From Bacilli bacterium (GTDB lineage Bacteria; Bacillota_I; Bacilli_A; RFN20; CAG-826), in the NCBI GenBank assembly GCA_050952725.1, contig JBMNLN010000001.1:578454-642453 (forward strand): a stretch of DNA of 64,000 nt, given 5' to 3'. The notes beneath the pieces were generated by a model. The model had not been told where the DNA came from. It made no database searches and saw only the letters and a list, made by a program, of their open reading frames with translations. Positions 8,808 to 19,373 of this stretch are shown in pieces. Within the stretch, counting starts at the first letter, position 1. Each line of letters starts with the position of its first letter. Position numbers and translations under genes: made by a program.

Positions 8808-11777
8808 ATGAAAAGAGATGAAATTAATCCGAAGCTCGCCCAGATTAAATTAAAACAAATGGTTAGCGTGCTCCATGAGTTTATCAAACCAAGCATTTAT
8901 CCGATTATCAAACCATTCGAGGTTCGCTATGGTTTTTCTAAAGAACCTGTTCCTTGGAAGGAGCGTCTTTCTCTAAAATATAAACCGATTAAACCAGGGA
9001 CATATTGGAGTGAAGAATGGTTTGACTGTGCTTGGTTTCACTGTGTGGTCACCGTGCCAGAAGAATACCGTCATCTGCCCCTTTGGGTTTCTTTCAACTG
9101 CGAAGGCGAAGCCTTATTATATACAAAAGATGGCGAGCCTTTAAAAGGTTTTACCAATGGTGAAGTTGGTTATAACCACCATCGCGATAACCAAACCAAA
9201 CAAAATATCCAAATCAATGAATTCATGGATGAAAATGGAGTCATTGAATTATGGTTTGATGCGGGAAGCAACAACCGTTATTGGGATGGCGAAAGAAAAG
9301 ATGAAGGGCGGTTTGGTTTTTGTAATCTCTGCTTGAAAAATGAAGAGACAGAAGATATCTTTTTCGATATCCAAGTCTTCCAAGATCTTGCGGAAACCAT
9401 CGATGAAACCGCTCCGATTTTCCCGCCCTTACTCGAAGGATTAACCAAAATTCGCAATTTGTATTGGTATGACAGCAAAGATAAATACCAAAAAGCCAAA
9501 GCAGTCGTTAAAGAATTAATGAAACTTCCCCCCTATAAAGATGTGCATAAAAGACATTTAATCCTTGTAGCTCATTCCCATTTAGATTTGGCTTGGTTAT
9601 GGCCGATGCGGGAAAATAAACGAAAAATCGTCCGGACGATAACCAATATCTTTTATTTGATGGAAAGATATCCGTTTATGAATTTCATCATTTCCCAGCC
9701 GATTCATCTCGAATGGATTAAAAAAGCTTCGCATCAACTTTGGAATCAATTTGTAGAATATAAAAAGGCAGGAAGAATTGAAGTTCAAGGTGGTGCTTGG
9801 GTCGAATTTGAAACTAATACCCCAGGTGAGGAATCATTAGCGCGTCAAATGCTTTATGGTCAAAAATATTGGCTCGAAAACTTTGGGCATTATAGCGAAA
9901 TTATGTGGCTTCCTGATTCTTTTGGTTTTACTGGCTCTCTTCCTCAGGTGATGGCTCTATCGGGGCAAAAATACTTCTCCACAATTAAAGTTTCTTGGAG
10001 TTGGTACACTAAATTTCCCTATCATGATTTTAAATGGATTGGCATTGATGGCTCGAGTGTGATTAGCCATTTTCCGCATGAAGACGCTTATAATTCGGGT
10101 TCATTCCCAGGAAATATGTACAACATGGATCGCCAAAGAACCAAAGGTGATGTCTTTGATGGCACCTTATATCTCTATGGAATTGGCGATGGTGGTGGTG
10201 GCCCTGATGTCGGTCATGTCGAGCGTCTTGTTCGGATGAAAGAAATGGAATCAATGCCGCCAATGCGAGATGGATTAATTAGCGATATCTTTGAAGAATT
10301 AGAAGCAATCAAAGAGCGACTTCCCGCTTATAAAGGGGAACTTTATCTCGAAAGACATCAAGGGGTTTTGACTTCACAAAATCGCATCAAACAATGGAAT
10401 AAAAACCTCGAAGAAAAACTGAAAATTGTCGAATCATATCTCGCTTCGATCGGTTGTAAAGATTTTGAGCAAAAACTTCACGAAATTTGGAAAGAAATGC
10501 TCATTTATCAATTTCATGATATTATGGCTGGCTCCTCAATTGAGCGCGTCTATTTAGAAACCCAAGTTCGCTATGAAAAAATGCATGAGGAGCTCAATCA
10601 AATGATGGAAAGTGTCCTTCCCGGTTATCTTCCGGCTTATCAAGAAGGTGCTTATGTTTTCAATCATTTGAATTATGGTAGCGAGAAAGTACTAAAAAAA
10701 GATAACGCTTATTATCGTCTCCAACTAAAGCGACACGATTTCTCCAACCAGTATCAAAAATATAGCGGTGTGGATCTCCCCCTTACTTTTCAAGTGGAAA
10801 CCCCTTTATTAAAAATTACCTTTAATCAAGATGGTTCATTTAAATCCATCATTGATAAACGCAATGAATTAGAGATGATTTCTCCTTATGGAGGGAATCG
10901 CTTTCGCGTATTCCATGACTATGGTGATGCTTGGGATATTCCTAAATCCTATCGTAATCAAGATGAAGTTTATATGGAACTGGTCGAGCGCAAGATGAAA
11001 AAATACGGGCCTTTTACAGAAATAACCAGCAAATACTCCTTCAAAAATTCTACTTTAATTGAAACGATGGTCATTGATGATTATTCATCAGTGATTCGTT
11101 TCCATCATGATATGGATTGGAAAGATACTTACTATCTTATTAAGGCATGTTTTGGGGTTACCCAAGTTAGCGATGAAGCCAGTTTTGATATCCAATTTGG
11201 TTCCCTAAAGCGTTCAACCAAAAATGAGACTTGGGAAGAGATTGGTCAATTTGAAGTTTGCGCGCAAGAATGGTTGGATTTATCGAGTGATAAGGCAGGC
11301 CTTTCCTTCATTAACCATGCGCGTTATGGCAACTATGTTAAAGAAGGACAGGTGGAGATTTCCATTTTAAGAAGCACCCATGAACCTGGACGTTTTTCTG
11401 ATCAAAAACCTACTTCTTATCAATACGCTCTTTATGTCCATAACACTCCATTTGCCGAAGAAGAAGTCGACCGTCTAGCTTACTTGATGAATTCACAGTT
11501 CATCATGACGAGCGAAAAAACTCCAGCACCAACCTTACCAGTGGTCAGTGATAATGATATTGAAATCTCAGCATTTAAAAATGCGTATTCTGGTAAGGGG
11601 GTCATCGTGAGACTCTATGAACGCAGCGGTAAAGAAAAGACGATTTCTGTCAAGATTCCTAAACAATTTAAAAATATTGTTCTTGTCAATCTTCTTGAAG
11701 ATGTGATTGAACAAAAAGTGGATGTTAATGCCTTGCATTTCCGTCCATTTGAAATTAAAACTCTGTGGTTATATTAA
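8808..11777 (+). CDS. GH38 alpha-mannosidase (cytoplasmic)
   Basis: Zn-binding HSHLDLAWLWP, nucleophile region WLPDSFG, GDGGGGP and QFHDI motifs. 989 aa, no signal peptide, RBS AGGAGG. Confidence 0.95.
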   Translation: MKRDEINPKLAQIKLKQMVSVLHEFIKPSIYPIIKPFEVRYGFSKEPVPWKERLSLKYKPIKPGTYWSEEWFDCAWFHCVVTVPEEYRHLPLWVSFNCEGEALLYTKDGEPLKGFTNGEVGYNHHRDNQTKQNIQINEFMDENGVIELWFDAGSNNRYWDGERKDEGRFGFCNLCLKNEETEDIFFDIQVFQDLAETIDETAPIFPPLLEGLTKIRNLYWYDSKDKYQKAKAVVKELMKLPPYKDVHKRHLILVAHSHLDLAWLWPMRENKRKIVRTITNIFYLMERYPFMNFIISQPIHLEWIKKASHQLWNQFVEYKKAGRIEVQGGAWVEFETNTPGEESLARQMLYGQKYWLENFGHYSEIMWLPDSFGFTGSLPQVMALSGQKYFSTIKVSWSWYTKFPYHDFKWIGIDGSSVISHFPHEDAYNSGSFPGNMYNMDRQRTKGDVFDGTLYLYGIGDGGGGPDVGHVERLVRMKEMESMPPMRDGLISDIFEELEAIKERLPAYKGELYLERHQGVLTSQNRIKQWNKNLEEKLKIVESYLASIGCKDFEQKLHEIWKEMLIYQFHDIMAGSSIERVYLETQVRYEKMHEELNQMMESVLPGYLPAYQEGAYVFNHLNYGSEKVLKKDNAYYRLQLKRHDFSNQYQKYSGVDLPLTFQVETPLLKITFNQDGSFKSIIDKRNELEMISPYGGNRFRVFHDYGDAWDIPKSYRNQDEVYMELVERKMKKYGPFTEITSKYSFKNSTLIETMVIDDYSSVIRFHHDMDWKDTYYLIKACFGVTQVSDEASFDIQFGSLKRSTKNETWEEIGQFEVCAQEWLDLSSDKAGLSFINHARYGNYVKEGQVEISILRSTHEPGRFSDQKPTSYQYALYVHNTPFAEEEVDRLAYLMNSQFIMTSEKTPAPTLPVVSDNDIEISAFKNAYSGKGVIVRLYERSGKEKTISVKIPKQFKNIVLVNLLEDVIEQKVDVNALHFRPFEIKTLWLY

Positions 11778-11794
11778 TAGGGAGGTAATCACAT

Positions 11795-13339
11795 ATGTCG
11801 AAAAAGAAATTCTTAGTCTTAGCCTGCACGAGCATTGTCGCATTAGCCGCGTGCGGAGGCGGGCCAACCTCTACCTCAAGTGGTGGCGGTGTTCCCTCGG
11901 TTGACCCTTACGTCGATGATACGATTGATGATGTGTCTTATGATGGGAATGGTGATATCGTTTTTGATAATGTGAAGTTAAAAATGTGGTCGGTTTGTAC
12001 CGATCCTGATGCGGCTTATCAAGATGAAATCATCAATGATTTTAACACGGCATACAAAGGCCAAATTGAGGTGGAAATCTATCACGAATCTCGTTATACC
12101 ATCTTTGGAAATTTTGCCAAAACCGTTTCGCAAGATCCTAATAATGCACCTGATTTATTCTATGGATACGGTGAAAGAATTGGAGCGATGGTCAGCAATA
12201 AGCTTTTTGTTCCGATGGACATTTATCTCGAAGCGGCTAATATTGGTTTTAACAAATCATATTTTGAACCGATACTAATCGATAACTGCTATGTGAGTGG
12301 TTACTTATATGGTTTACCGATTTCAGTCGATACTTCAATAGCTTTCTGTCGCAAAGACATCCTGACGAAAAACAATTTAGAAGTTCCGTATACTTATGCG
12401 GAATTAATGGATGTCTGTAATGCTTTAGTTTCAAAGGCCAACGCGGGCGAATTGTGGGTTCGTGGGAATGATACCGCTAATGTCGCGCTCGGCAATGTCT
12501 ATGAGTGGCGAAAATACGACGTTGAAGTTGAAGGGACATACTATCCATTTCCGATTTCTCCTGGTGATATGTGGGTCAATGCTTATATCGCTCAAACTGC
12601 CGCTTTGCAAAATGGCGGAATTTTAGTCGATGAAAACGGTATGCCAGCATACAATACTATGGAAGTTGCTAATGGTTTACAATTGCTTCGCGATTGGCTA
12701 ATCCCCACGGAAACAAGCGCTAATAACACAGCCCTTAGTAAAATCGATTTAAACTATGACGCTGGCGTTACCGATTTCTATGCTGGGACCTCTGCCTTCT
12801 ATCTTGCGGGTGCATGGGATGGTTATGGGAATACCGCAAGAATGGACACGATGTATGCGGCCGACGGTGGTTCAAGTAATACGATGGCCATCATCAATCC
12901 TTCAGAATTATTCGCCGCTGACTTAACGAAAGATTATGCCAAACACATCTTTGGAGATTCGCATGCGGTATCGATTGTAAAAACCGTTACCAGTCGTACA
13001 AAAAGAATCGCGGCTGCAGTTTTTAGCAATTATTTAGCTGAGAATTGCGGTGGAGTTTGGATAAAAGCTGGACATTTACCAGCCTCCTTAGTGGTCCAAC
13101 AATCCAATGATTTATATCTTAACAATGAGTTTTACTTAAAATATGTCCAATATTATGGAACGACTGATTTGTATCGAACGATGCCAGTCACGGTTTATTA
13201 CGATTTCATCATGGAATCCTTCGGTACCGCGTTAAAGAAGGCAATGCTCTCTCGTTATCGCGAAATTCCAATCTCACAACTATTGCAAGAATCCTACGAT
13301 GATTGTATTGCCCGAATTAGAGATCTTGAAGAATTATAA
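11795..13339 (+). CDS. Carbohydrate ABC transporter substrate-binding lipoprotein
   Basis: Lipobox LAAC, 'APDLFY', 'LYGLPISVDTSIAFCRKDIL...PYTYAEL' typical of family 1 sugar-binding proteins. Followed by two permeases. Confidence 0.92.
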   Translation: MSKKKFLVLACTSIVALAACGGGPTSTSSGGGVPSVDPYVDDTIDDVSYDGNGDIVFDNVKLKMWSVCTDPDAAYQDEIINDFNTAYKGQIEVEIYHESRYTIFGNFAKTVSQDPNNAPDLFYGYGERIGAMVSNKLFVPMDIYLEAANIGFNKSYFEPILIDNCYVSGYLYGLPISVDTSIAFCRKDILTKNNLEVPYTYAELMDVCNALVSKANAGELWVRGNDTANVALGNVYEWRKYDVEVEGTYYPFPISPGDMWVNAYIAQTAALQNGGILVDENGMPAYNTMEVANGLQLLRDWLIPTETSANNTALSKIDLNYDAGVTDFYAGTSAFYLAGAWDGYGNTARMDTMYAADGGSSNTMAIINPSELFAADLTKDYAKHIFGDSHAVSIVKTVTSRTKRIAAAVFSNYLAENCGGVWIKAGHLPASLVVQQSNDLYLNNEFYLKYVQYYGTTDLYRTMPVTVYYDFIMESFGTALKKAMLSRYREIPISQLLQESYDDCIARIRDLEEL

Positions 13340-13360
13340 GAAAAATTAGAAAGAGAAAAG

Positions 13361-14359
13361 ATGGGATTAAAGAGAACTAGTCAAGGCATTTCTGTTAGTG
13401 AGTATGCCGTCAAGGTTGAGAGACAACGCCAAATCTTTAGAAAATATTGTATTGGCTTCCTTTTCTTAGCGCCTTATCTTTTCTTTTTCGTTCTCTTTTT
13501 TGCTGTCCCATTCTTTAAAGGAATTACGATTTCCTTCTTCAGATATAATATCGCCGATACAACTGATATCGTTTGGAGAGGGGTGCAAAATTACACCAAG
13601 ATTTTATTTGATAAGAATTCAACTTACTATAAAACTTTTTGGAATGGGATGAAAAACACTTTGATGGCTACGGCGATTTTAGTACCTTTATCCATTGTCA
13701 TCCCTTTGCTGCTTGCGACTTTAGTAAATACCAAACCAGTAGGATATAAGTTCTTTAGAGCGATTATTTATCTTCCTTCAATTTTTCCAATGACAGCGAC
13801 GGGAGTGATTTTCCTTAATTTATTCAACAATAATTACGGTTTTGTCAGCGCGATTTTTGGCGATCATATTAATTGGTTAATGGACCCGACCTATAACTGG
13901 ATTCTGATTATTTTCTTCTGTATATGGTCGGGGATTGGCGGAAATTTTATTATCTTTTTAGCGGGCTTACAAACAGTTGATCCCTCCCTCAAAGAAGCTT
14001 CATCTATCGATGGTTGCAATCTGACCAAGAGATTTTTTCATGTGACCTTAGCGCAGATTAAACCGCAATTAATTTTATGTTTTTTTAACACAACGATTGG
14101 GTACATGAATCTGTATGGACAAAACTACCTTTTAGGTCAATATGTCTCCGATCGGATGCAAATTCAAACCACGGTTTTTGTGATTCAAGAGTTGATGATG
14201 GGCACCAACTTCCAAGTTTATGGAATGGTTTCAGCAATGGCGATTTGTCTAGGTTTATTTATCATGACGATTTCAATCATTCAATTAATTGTTACAAGAG
14301 AACGGAAAGGGGGGAACAAGCATGCTAAAGAATACTTCAGCATCAAGGGAGCCAATTAA
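13361..14359 (+). CDS. Carbohydrate ABC transporter permease (MalF-type)
   Basis: Multiple TM segments, EAA loop 'LKEASSIDGCNLTKRFFHVTLAQIKP'. Confidence 0.93.
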   Translation: MGLKRTSQGISVSEYAVKVERQRQIFRKYCIGFLFLAPYLFFFVLFFAVPFFKGITISFFRYNIADTTDIVWRGVQNYTKILFDKNSTYYKTFWNGMKNTLMATAILVPLSIVIPLLLATLVNTKPVGYKFFRAIIYLPSIFPMTATGVIFLNLFNNNYGFVSAIFGDHINWLMDPTYNWILIIFFCIWSGIGGNFIIFLAGLQTVDPSLKEASSIDGCNLTKRFFHVTLAQIKPQLILCFFNTTIGYMNLYGQNYLLGQYVSDRMQIQTTVFVIQELMMGTNFQVYGMVSAMAICLGLFIMTISIIQLIVTRERKGGNKHAKEYFSIKGAN

Positions 14360-15188
14360 AATTGTTGCTTTCTTTGTTTTGCTGTTTTTCAGTGTCATTG
14401 TGCTTTTTCCGCTTCTATGGGCAGTAGTTAACTCCCTTCGCGAAGCAGAAGATATCTTTTATTATCCTAATTCCTTTTTCCCAACCAGCCTCAGTAAATG
14501 GACATTTGGCAATTATAAGGATGTTTTTGCTAATGATAATTATCCCGTGGGTCGATGGTTTTTGAATTCTTTATTTGTCTCTTCATTATCAACCATCTTT
14601 TATGTGATAATCGCCTCACTTGCTGCGTACGCTTTTGTTTTCTTAAAACTTCAGTTTGCAAATGCCTTGTTTTACTTTTTAATCGGAACGATGACGATTC
14701 CGGGCATTGTCATCATGGTGCCCCAATTCACTCAAATGGTCGACTTTGGACTAATTAAAAATTTATGGGGATTAATTCTCCCAGGATTAGGCGGAGTTTA
14801 TGGGCTTTTCTTAATTAGACAATTCTTTATGTCTATTCCTTTTGATTTGATTGAATCCTCGCGGATTGATGGAGCGAAAGACTACAAAATTTTCTTGAAA
14901 GTCGTCGTTCCTTTAGGGAAATCAATTTTATTGGTCCAGGGGATGTTCGGATTTTTAGGCGCTTGGAACGATTTACAATGGGCACAATTAATTGTCGCGC
15001 AAGCCCCAAAAGAAATGTGGACATTAGCCGTCGGTTTAGCCAAAGTGACAGAAGGAAATTTAACTTACTCGCGCTTAGGTTTGCAATTAGCTTGTACGAT
15101 TATCTCCATGCTTCCCATCTTATTCATGTATTTATTCGTGCAAGATAAGATTGTCGAAGGTGTGGCTATGTCAGGTATTAAAAGGTAA
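14322..15188 (+). CDS. Carbohydrate ABC transporter permease (MalG-type)
   Basis: Start ATG 14322 after GGGGGA. EAA loop 'LIESSRIDGAKDYKIFLKVVVPL', 'FLGAWND', C-terminal 'VEGVAMSGIK'. Confidence 0.93.
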   Translation: MLKNTSASREPIKIVAFFVLLFFSVIVLFPLLWAVVNSLREAEDIFYYPNSFFPTSLSKWTFGNYKDVFANDNYPVGRWFLNSLFVSSLSTIFYVIIASLAAYAFVFLKLQFANALFYFLIGTMTIPGIVIMVPQFTQMVDFGLIKNLWGLILPGLGGVYGLFLIRQFFMSIPFDLIESSRIDGAKDYKIFLKVVVPLGKSILLVQGMFGFLGAWNDLQWAQLIVAQAPKEMWTLAVGLAKVTEGNLTYSRLGLQLACTIISMLPILFMYLFVQDKIVEGVAMSGIKR

Positions 15189-15201
15189 AAGGTGAACAAT
15201 T

Positions 15202-16992
15202 ATGGATATTTATCAACCAATGAATCCCCAAGAAGCCAAGAAGGCGTTCCAAAAGATGAATCGACAAATTATCGATGATAACGTCAATGCTTTTGTGTGT
15301 TTAAAAGACATCAATAAAATCTATCCTAACGGTGTCCACGCGGTTTACAACTTTAATATTGATATTAACAAGAACGAATTTATTGTTCTTGTCGGTCCTT
15401 CAGGCTGTGGCAAATCAACGGTTTTACGGATGATTGCTGGATTAGAAGAAATCACGAGTGGATATTTATATATCGATAAAACTTTGGCAAATTCTCAACC
15501 GAGTAAAGACCGCAACATCGCCATGGTCTTCCAAAGTTATGCGCTGTATCCGCATATGAATGTTTTCGACAATATGTCATTTTCCCTAAGGATTAACAAA
15601 GCTCGCTTACCTAAATTGAATAAAAACGGCGAACAAGTTTATGGAATCGATACTAAGGAAATCAGAAAAATCAAACGCGAATTAAAGAAAAATCCAGAAG
15701 ATCAAGATTTAATTGCGAAGCTCCATGATTATGAAAATAATCTGAAACCTTTGTATGTAAAACGAAATTATACGAAGGATGAATTAAACAAGATTGTCTT
15801 TGATGCCGCAGAAATTCTCAATCTAGGAGAATATTTAGATCGAAAGCCAAAAGAATTATCAGGTGGACAAATGCAAAGAGTCGCGCTTGGACGCGCGATT
15901 GTCAGAAACCCCAAACTTTTTCTGATGGATGAACCATTAAGCAACCTTGATGCCAAATTAAGAGTATCGATGCGAAGCGAACTAGTGCGGATTCATAATG
16001 ATGTTAAAGCAACAACTATTTATGTCACTCATGATCAAGTTGAAGCAATGACCATGGCTGATCGAATTGTCGTCATGAATAAGGGATGGATTCAACAAAT
16101 CGCCACCCCACAGGAATTATATGAGAGCCCAAGCAATATTTTTGTCGCGACCTTTATCGGTTCTCCTGCAATGAATTTGATTGAAGGAACATATAACAAG
16201 GGAAGCATCACTTTTAAAAATGGTGACATTCTTAAATTAACTAAAGACGAAAAGAAATCCTATGAAAAGTTTATTGAGGAATCTTTAACTTATTATCACT
16301 CCCTGCAAAAATTGATTGAAAAATCGCATATTGAGTTGCTCGAACAAATCGATAGCATCACTTCATTATTAGATGAGAACGGTTTTAACGATGAGGTTCA
16401 AATGTTTTTTAAGTCAGTCCTCAATTTGGTTTTTAGTGATGAAAAACAGCCGCGATTTGCAAAGATTATTCCTGAAATAAACCTTGTTTTAGAAAAGAAG
16501 AGCAAGTTATTAGCCCAGAAAAATCTTAAAAAATTGCAAGAGTTAATTCTCGAAGAAGAAACGGAGGTTTCAAAGGCAATCGAAAAAATCAATTCAAATA
16601 AATATTCCTCAATAACAGCAAATAAAGCACCCGTTTCCAAAAAGAAAAACAAACAAATTGTTAAGCGCAACTTACTGGATGATAAGAAGATTATTGATGA
16701 ATATATTGCCCAATATCAATCCTCAAAAGATGGCAACCATCGTATATTTGTTGGAATCCGTCCAGAATATTTTAATTTAGATAATTCCCAAGATAACTTT
16801 ATTTTAGAGATTAAAGGTCAGGTTGAACAAGAATATCTTGGTACTGAAACCCTACTTCACTTTGATTATTGTGGCACAGAAATTATCGCTAAATTGCCGA
16901 GCAAAACTTTTACGTCTAGGCAAAATCTTCGCCTAACTGTAAGCAATGATAAGATGTTTATTTTCGATGCGATTAGTGGATTAAGAATATAG
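15202..16992 (+). CDS. Sugar ABC transporter ATP-binding subunit (MalK/MsmX-like) with two large insertions
   Basis: Walker A GPSGCGKS, Q-loop VFQSYALYPHM, signature LSGGQ, Walker B FLMDEPLSNLD, YVTHDQ. 596 aa versus ~370 aa for typical MalK/MsmX. Confidence 0.93.
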   Translation: MDIYQPMNPQEAKKAFQKMNRQIIDDNVNAFVCLKDINKIYPNGVHAVYNFNIDINKNEFIVLVGPSGCGKSTVLRMIAGLEEITSGYLYIDKTLANSQPSKDRNIAMVFQSYALYPHMNVFDNMSFSLRINKARLPKLNKNGEQVYGIDTKEIRKIKRELKKNPEDQDLIAKLHDYENNLKPLYVKRNYTKDELNKIVFDAAEILNLGEYLDRKPKELSGGQMQRVALGRAIVRNPKLFLMDEPLSNLDAKLRVSMRSELVRIHNDVKATTIYVTHDQVEAMTMADRIVVMNKGWIQQIATPQELYESPSNIFVATFIGSPAMNLIEGTYNKGSITFKNGDILKLTKDEKKSYEKFIEESLTYYHSLQKLIEKSHIELLEQIDSITSLLDENGFNDEVQMFFKSVLNLVFSDEKQPRFAKIIPEINLVLEKKSKLLAQKNLKKLQELILEEETEVSKAIEKINSNKYSSITANKAPVSKKKNKQIVKRNLLDDKKIIDEYIAQYQSSKDGNHRIFVGIRPEYFNLDNSQDNFILEIKGQVEQEYLGTETLLHFDYCGTEIIAKLPSKTFTSRQNLRLTVSNDKMFIFDAISGLRI

Positions 16993-17001
16993 GTAGAAAA
17001 G

Positions 17002-17994
17002 ATGAAGAATAATCAATACATGAACCCAATTTACAAACACGAATTTCCCGATCCGACTATTGGCAAAGTTGGCGATACTTATTATTTGTATTCTACTGCT
17101 GCTTTTGGCGATTATCATGAAAATGGCCAGCCTTTCTTTTCTCGCGGGGTGATTATTAAGAGTAAGGACCTCTGTAATTATGAATATGTAGGCGAAATTT
17201 TTTCCGAGGATGAATACCCTAGATGGGGCACTAAAAATGCTGGGGTTTGGGCACCGGACTTTCTTGCCTTAAACGGAAAATACTATCTGTACTATTCACT
17301 TTCAATTTTATTTGATGATAATGCTTCAATTGGTATCGCTGTTAGTGATTCGCCTGAAGGCCCTTTTAAAGATTTAGGTCCAATTATTAGGTCGAAAGAT
17401 ATCGAGGTCAATAACTCGATTGATCCGACCGTCTTTCGCGCATATGATGGAAAATTATATATTATTTGGGGCTCATATCGTGGCATTTATGGCTCCGAAC
17501 TCAGTGATGATGGTCTTGCGCTTGTAGGTGAAAAAAAACATATTGCCGGCTTTGATAAGGGCGAAATTGACTTGGACACATATGAAGCGGCGTTCATGGT
17601 CAAAAGAAAAGGTATGTATTATCTATTTTTTTCCACTGGTAAAACTCTAGATGGTGATAAATGCACCTATCATGTTGTTTGTGCTAAGAGCAAATATCCT
17701 CTCGGTCCGTTTTCCGATAGCCAAGGTAACACATTGCAAGGTCGGAATGAGGGGGATGTTGTCGTTACTGGGCTTGATAACCACTTTGTTGGAACTGGGC
17801 ATTGTTGTGTAAAGGAAGTAGGAGGAGATTTTTGGATTTTCTATCATGGAGTTGAAATTGACCAAAAATATCCAGAAGGATACTCGCGCCGTATCTTAAG
17901 TATGGATAAATTGCTTTGGGATGAAAACGAGATGCCATATGTCGAAGGTAAAGTTTGCTCCTATCAAGAATTAAAAGAGGGTCCCAAAGTATGA
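17002..17994 (+). CDS. GH43 glycoside hydrolase, cytoplasmic (no signal peptide)
   Basis: FPDPTI, VWAPDF, NSIDPT, YEAA, GTGHCC motifs. N-terminus is hydrophilic. Confidence 0.9.
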   Translation: MKNNQYMNPIYKHEFPDPTIGKVGDTYYLYSTAAFGDYHENGQPFFSRGVIIKSKDLCNYEYVGEIFSEDEYPRWGTKNAGVWAPDFLALNGKYYLYYSLSILFDDNASIGIAVSDSPEGPFKDLGPIIRSKDIEVNNSIDPTVFRAYDGKLYIIWGSYRGIYGSELSDDGLALVGEKKHIAGFDKGEIDLDTYEAAFMVKRKGMYYLFFSTGKTLDGDKCTYHVVCAKSKYPLGPFSDSQGNTLQGRNEGDVVVTGLDNHFVGTGHCCVKEVGGDFWIFYHGVEIDQKYPEGYSRRILSMDKLLWDENEMPYVEGKVCSYQELKEGPKV

Positions 17995-18095
17995 GTAAAT
18001 ATCGATGCTATCAATATGAAAAAGGAGGATTTACTTATCGAATTTAGAAAAAGGAAAAAATTTTTAGGTGAAAAATATCATGAAAGGAGAAAAAT

Positions 18096-19340
18096 ATGTT
18101 CACTAAAAAACGAAAAATAAATATTATCTTTTCGACTTTAGTTGTCGGCATGACACTTCTTGCTGGTAACGGCTTGATGAATTCGCTGCACAAATCAGCA
18201 AAAGTGGTCGGTGATTTCACTTACACCGTAACACTAGATGATACTTTGGTAATCGGTGATTACACATCGTTTAACGCTAAAACAGGTTTAGGCAATGATG
18301 TGGAAATGAAAGCCGTTGGCGCTTCCGCCTTTAACACCGGATTTATCACCTTAGCTAGCGAAGGTTATGTCTATAACAATGCGGCAATCACTGGCATTGG
18401 TCGAGTCACAGTCGTTTTAGCAAGCGGGAATGCCGCATTATCTTATGGAGTTTACGCAGATGATTTTACGAAAACCGTCAATATTACTTCGGGCACGGAA
18501 ATCACCCTTGATTATGCTAGTAACTTCTTTAAAATTGCAGCAGGTGTAGGTGGGGCTAAAATTGAAAGCGTCTTAATCAAATTTGAGTGCTTGGAAGCGA
18601 AGAAATACGATATCCATTGGGTCGGACGTGTTTCCGAAAGTGTGGAAGACAAAGGTGTCACCTTTAACACTAGGCAAGAAACGGCGATGGCTGGTTGGGG
18701 CATTCTCGATTGGGATACCGCTGAATTAAAAGCGGGATTTGGTCTTTTAACTGGTAATTTTATCGTCGAATTCGATTTGGATACGATTGAAGCAGAAAGT
18801 AACAACCATCAATACAAATTCGCTTTAGCGCTCAAACGTGTTAACGAAAACCATGAGGGCTTCTTTGTTTCGGATCGGTTTGGGATGAGCAACCAATACT
18901 GGAATGATAATAATGAAGTGTGCGGCATTGATTATCGTGCGCTTAAGAGTAATCAACCTGGTTATGGTAATGCCGATGGGATTGATCCTAATTATATTTA
19001 TGGGGTTGATGGTGATACCAAAGTAGCGATGAGCCGAGTGGGTAATGTAAAACATGAACTAATTGGCCACATCACTGCAAACGTCAACGTTGTCGGTCAT
19101 CACAAAATCGAACGGACAATTGTCGATACGACCTCGACTTTTGTTTGGACCTTCAAGAGCGTTGGTACTGAAACTTATGTCAACGTCATGCAATGGGCGG
19201 TCGACTACACTGGACCCAGTAAACCTAACTATGCAACTTCAACCACGATTACCACGCATTATTTAGGTGATTATGCGGTTTCATTTGTCGCCGCTGGTGT
19301 CAATGCTTCGTTTAGCAATTACAAAGCAACCATACTATAA
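18096..19340 (+). CDS. Secreted/membrane-anchored protein of unknown function sharing its C-terminal domain with the two Ig-lipoproteins
   Basis: RBS AAGGAG; basic then hydrophobic N-terminus with no lipobox. C-terminal 'LLTGNFIVEFDL...RFGMSNQYWNDNNEV...VVGHHKIERTI' aligns with 'LLEGDFEIEYDI...CFGVNNWWWEDNNEV...VVGHYKVTRVI' of 3390..5255. Confidence 0.75.
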   Translation: MFTKKRKINIIFSTLVVGMTLLAGNGLMNSLHKSAKVVGDFTYTVTLDDTLVIGDYTSFNAKTGLGNDVEMKAVGASAFNTGFITLASEGYVYNNAAITGIGRVTVVLASGNAALSYGVYADDFTKTVNITSGTEITLDYASNFFKIAAGVGGAKIESVLIKFECLEAKKYDIHWVGRVSESVEDKGVTFNTRQETAMAGWGILDWDTAELKAGFGLLTGNFIVEFDLDTIEAESNNHQYKFALALKRVNENHEGFFVSDRFGMSNQYWNDNNEVCGIDYRALKSNQPGYGNADGIDPNYIYGVDGDTKVAMSRVGNVKHELIGHITANVNVVGHHKIERTIVDTTSTFVWTFKSVGTETYVNVMQWAVDYTGPSKPNYATSTTITTHYLGDYAVSFVAAGVNASFSNYKATIL

Positions 19341-19373
19341 TCGCTGTCGTTTAAACAATTGATGGCATTCACT

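Noticed and set aside
17991-18047. 18-codon ORF overlapping the GH43 stop, and an AAGGAGG with no start codon at ~18021
   Set aside because: Too short with no supporting features; possibly a decayed gene remnant, but not supportable.
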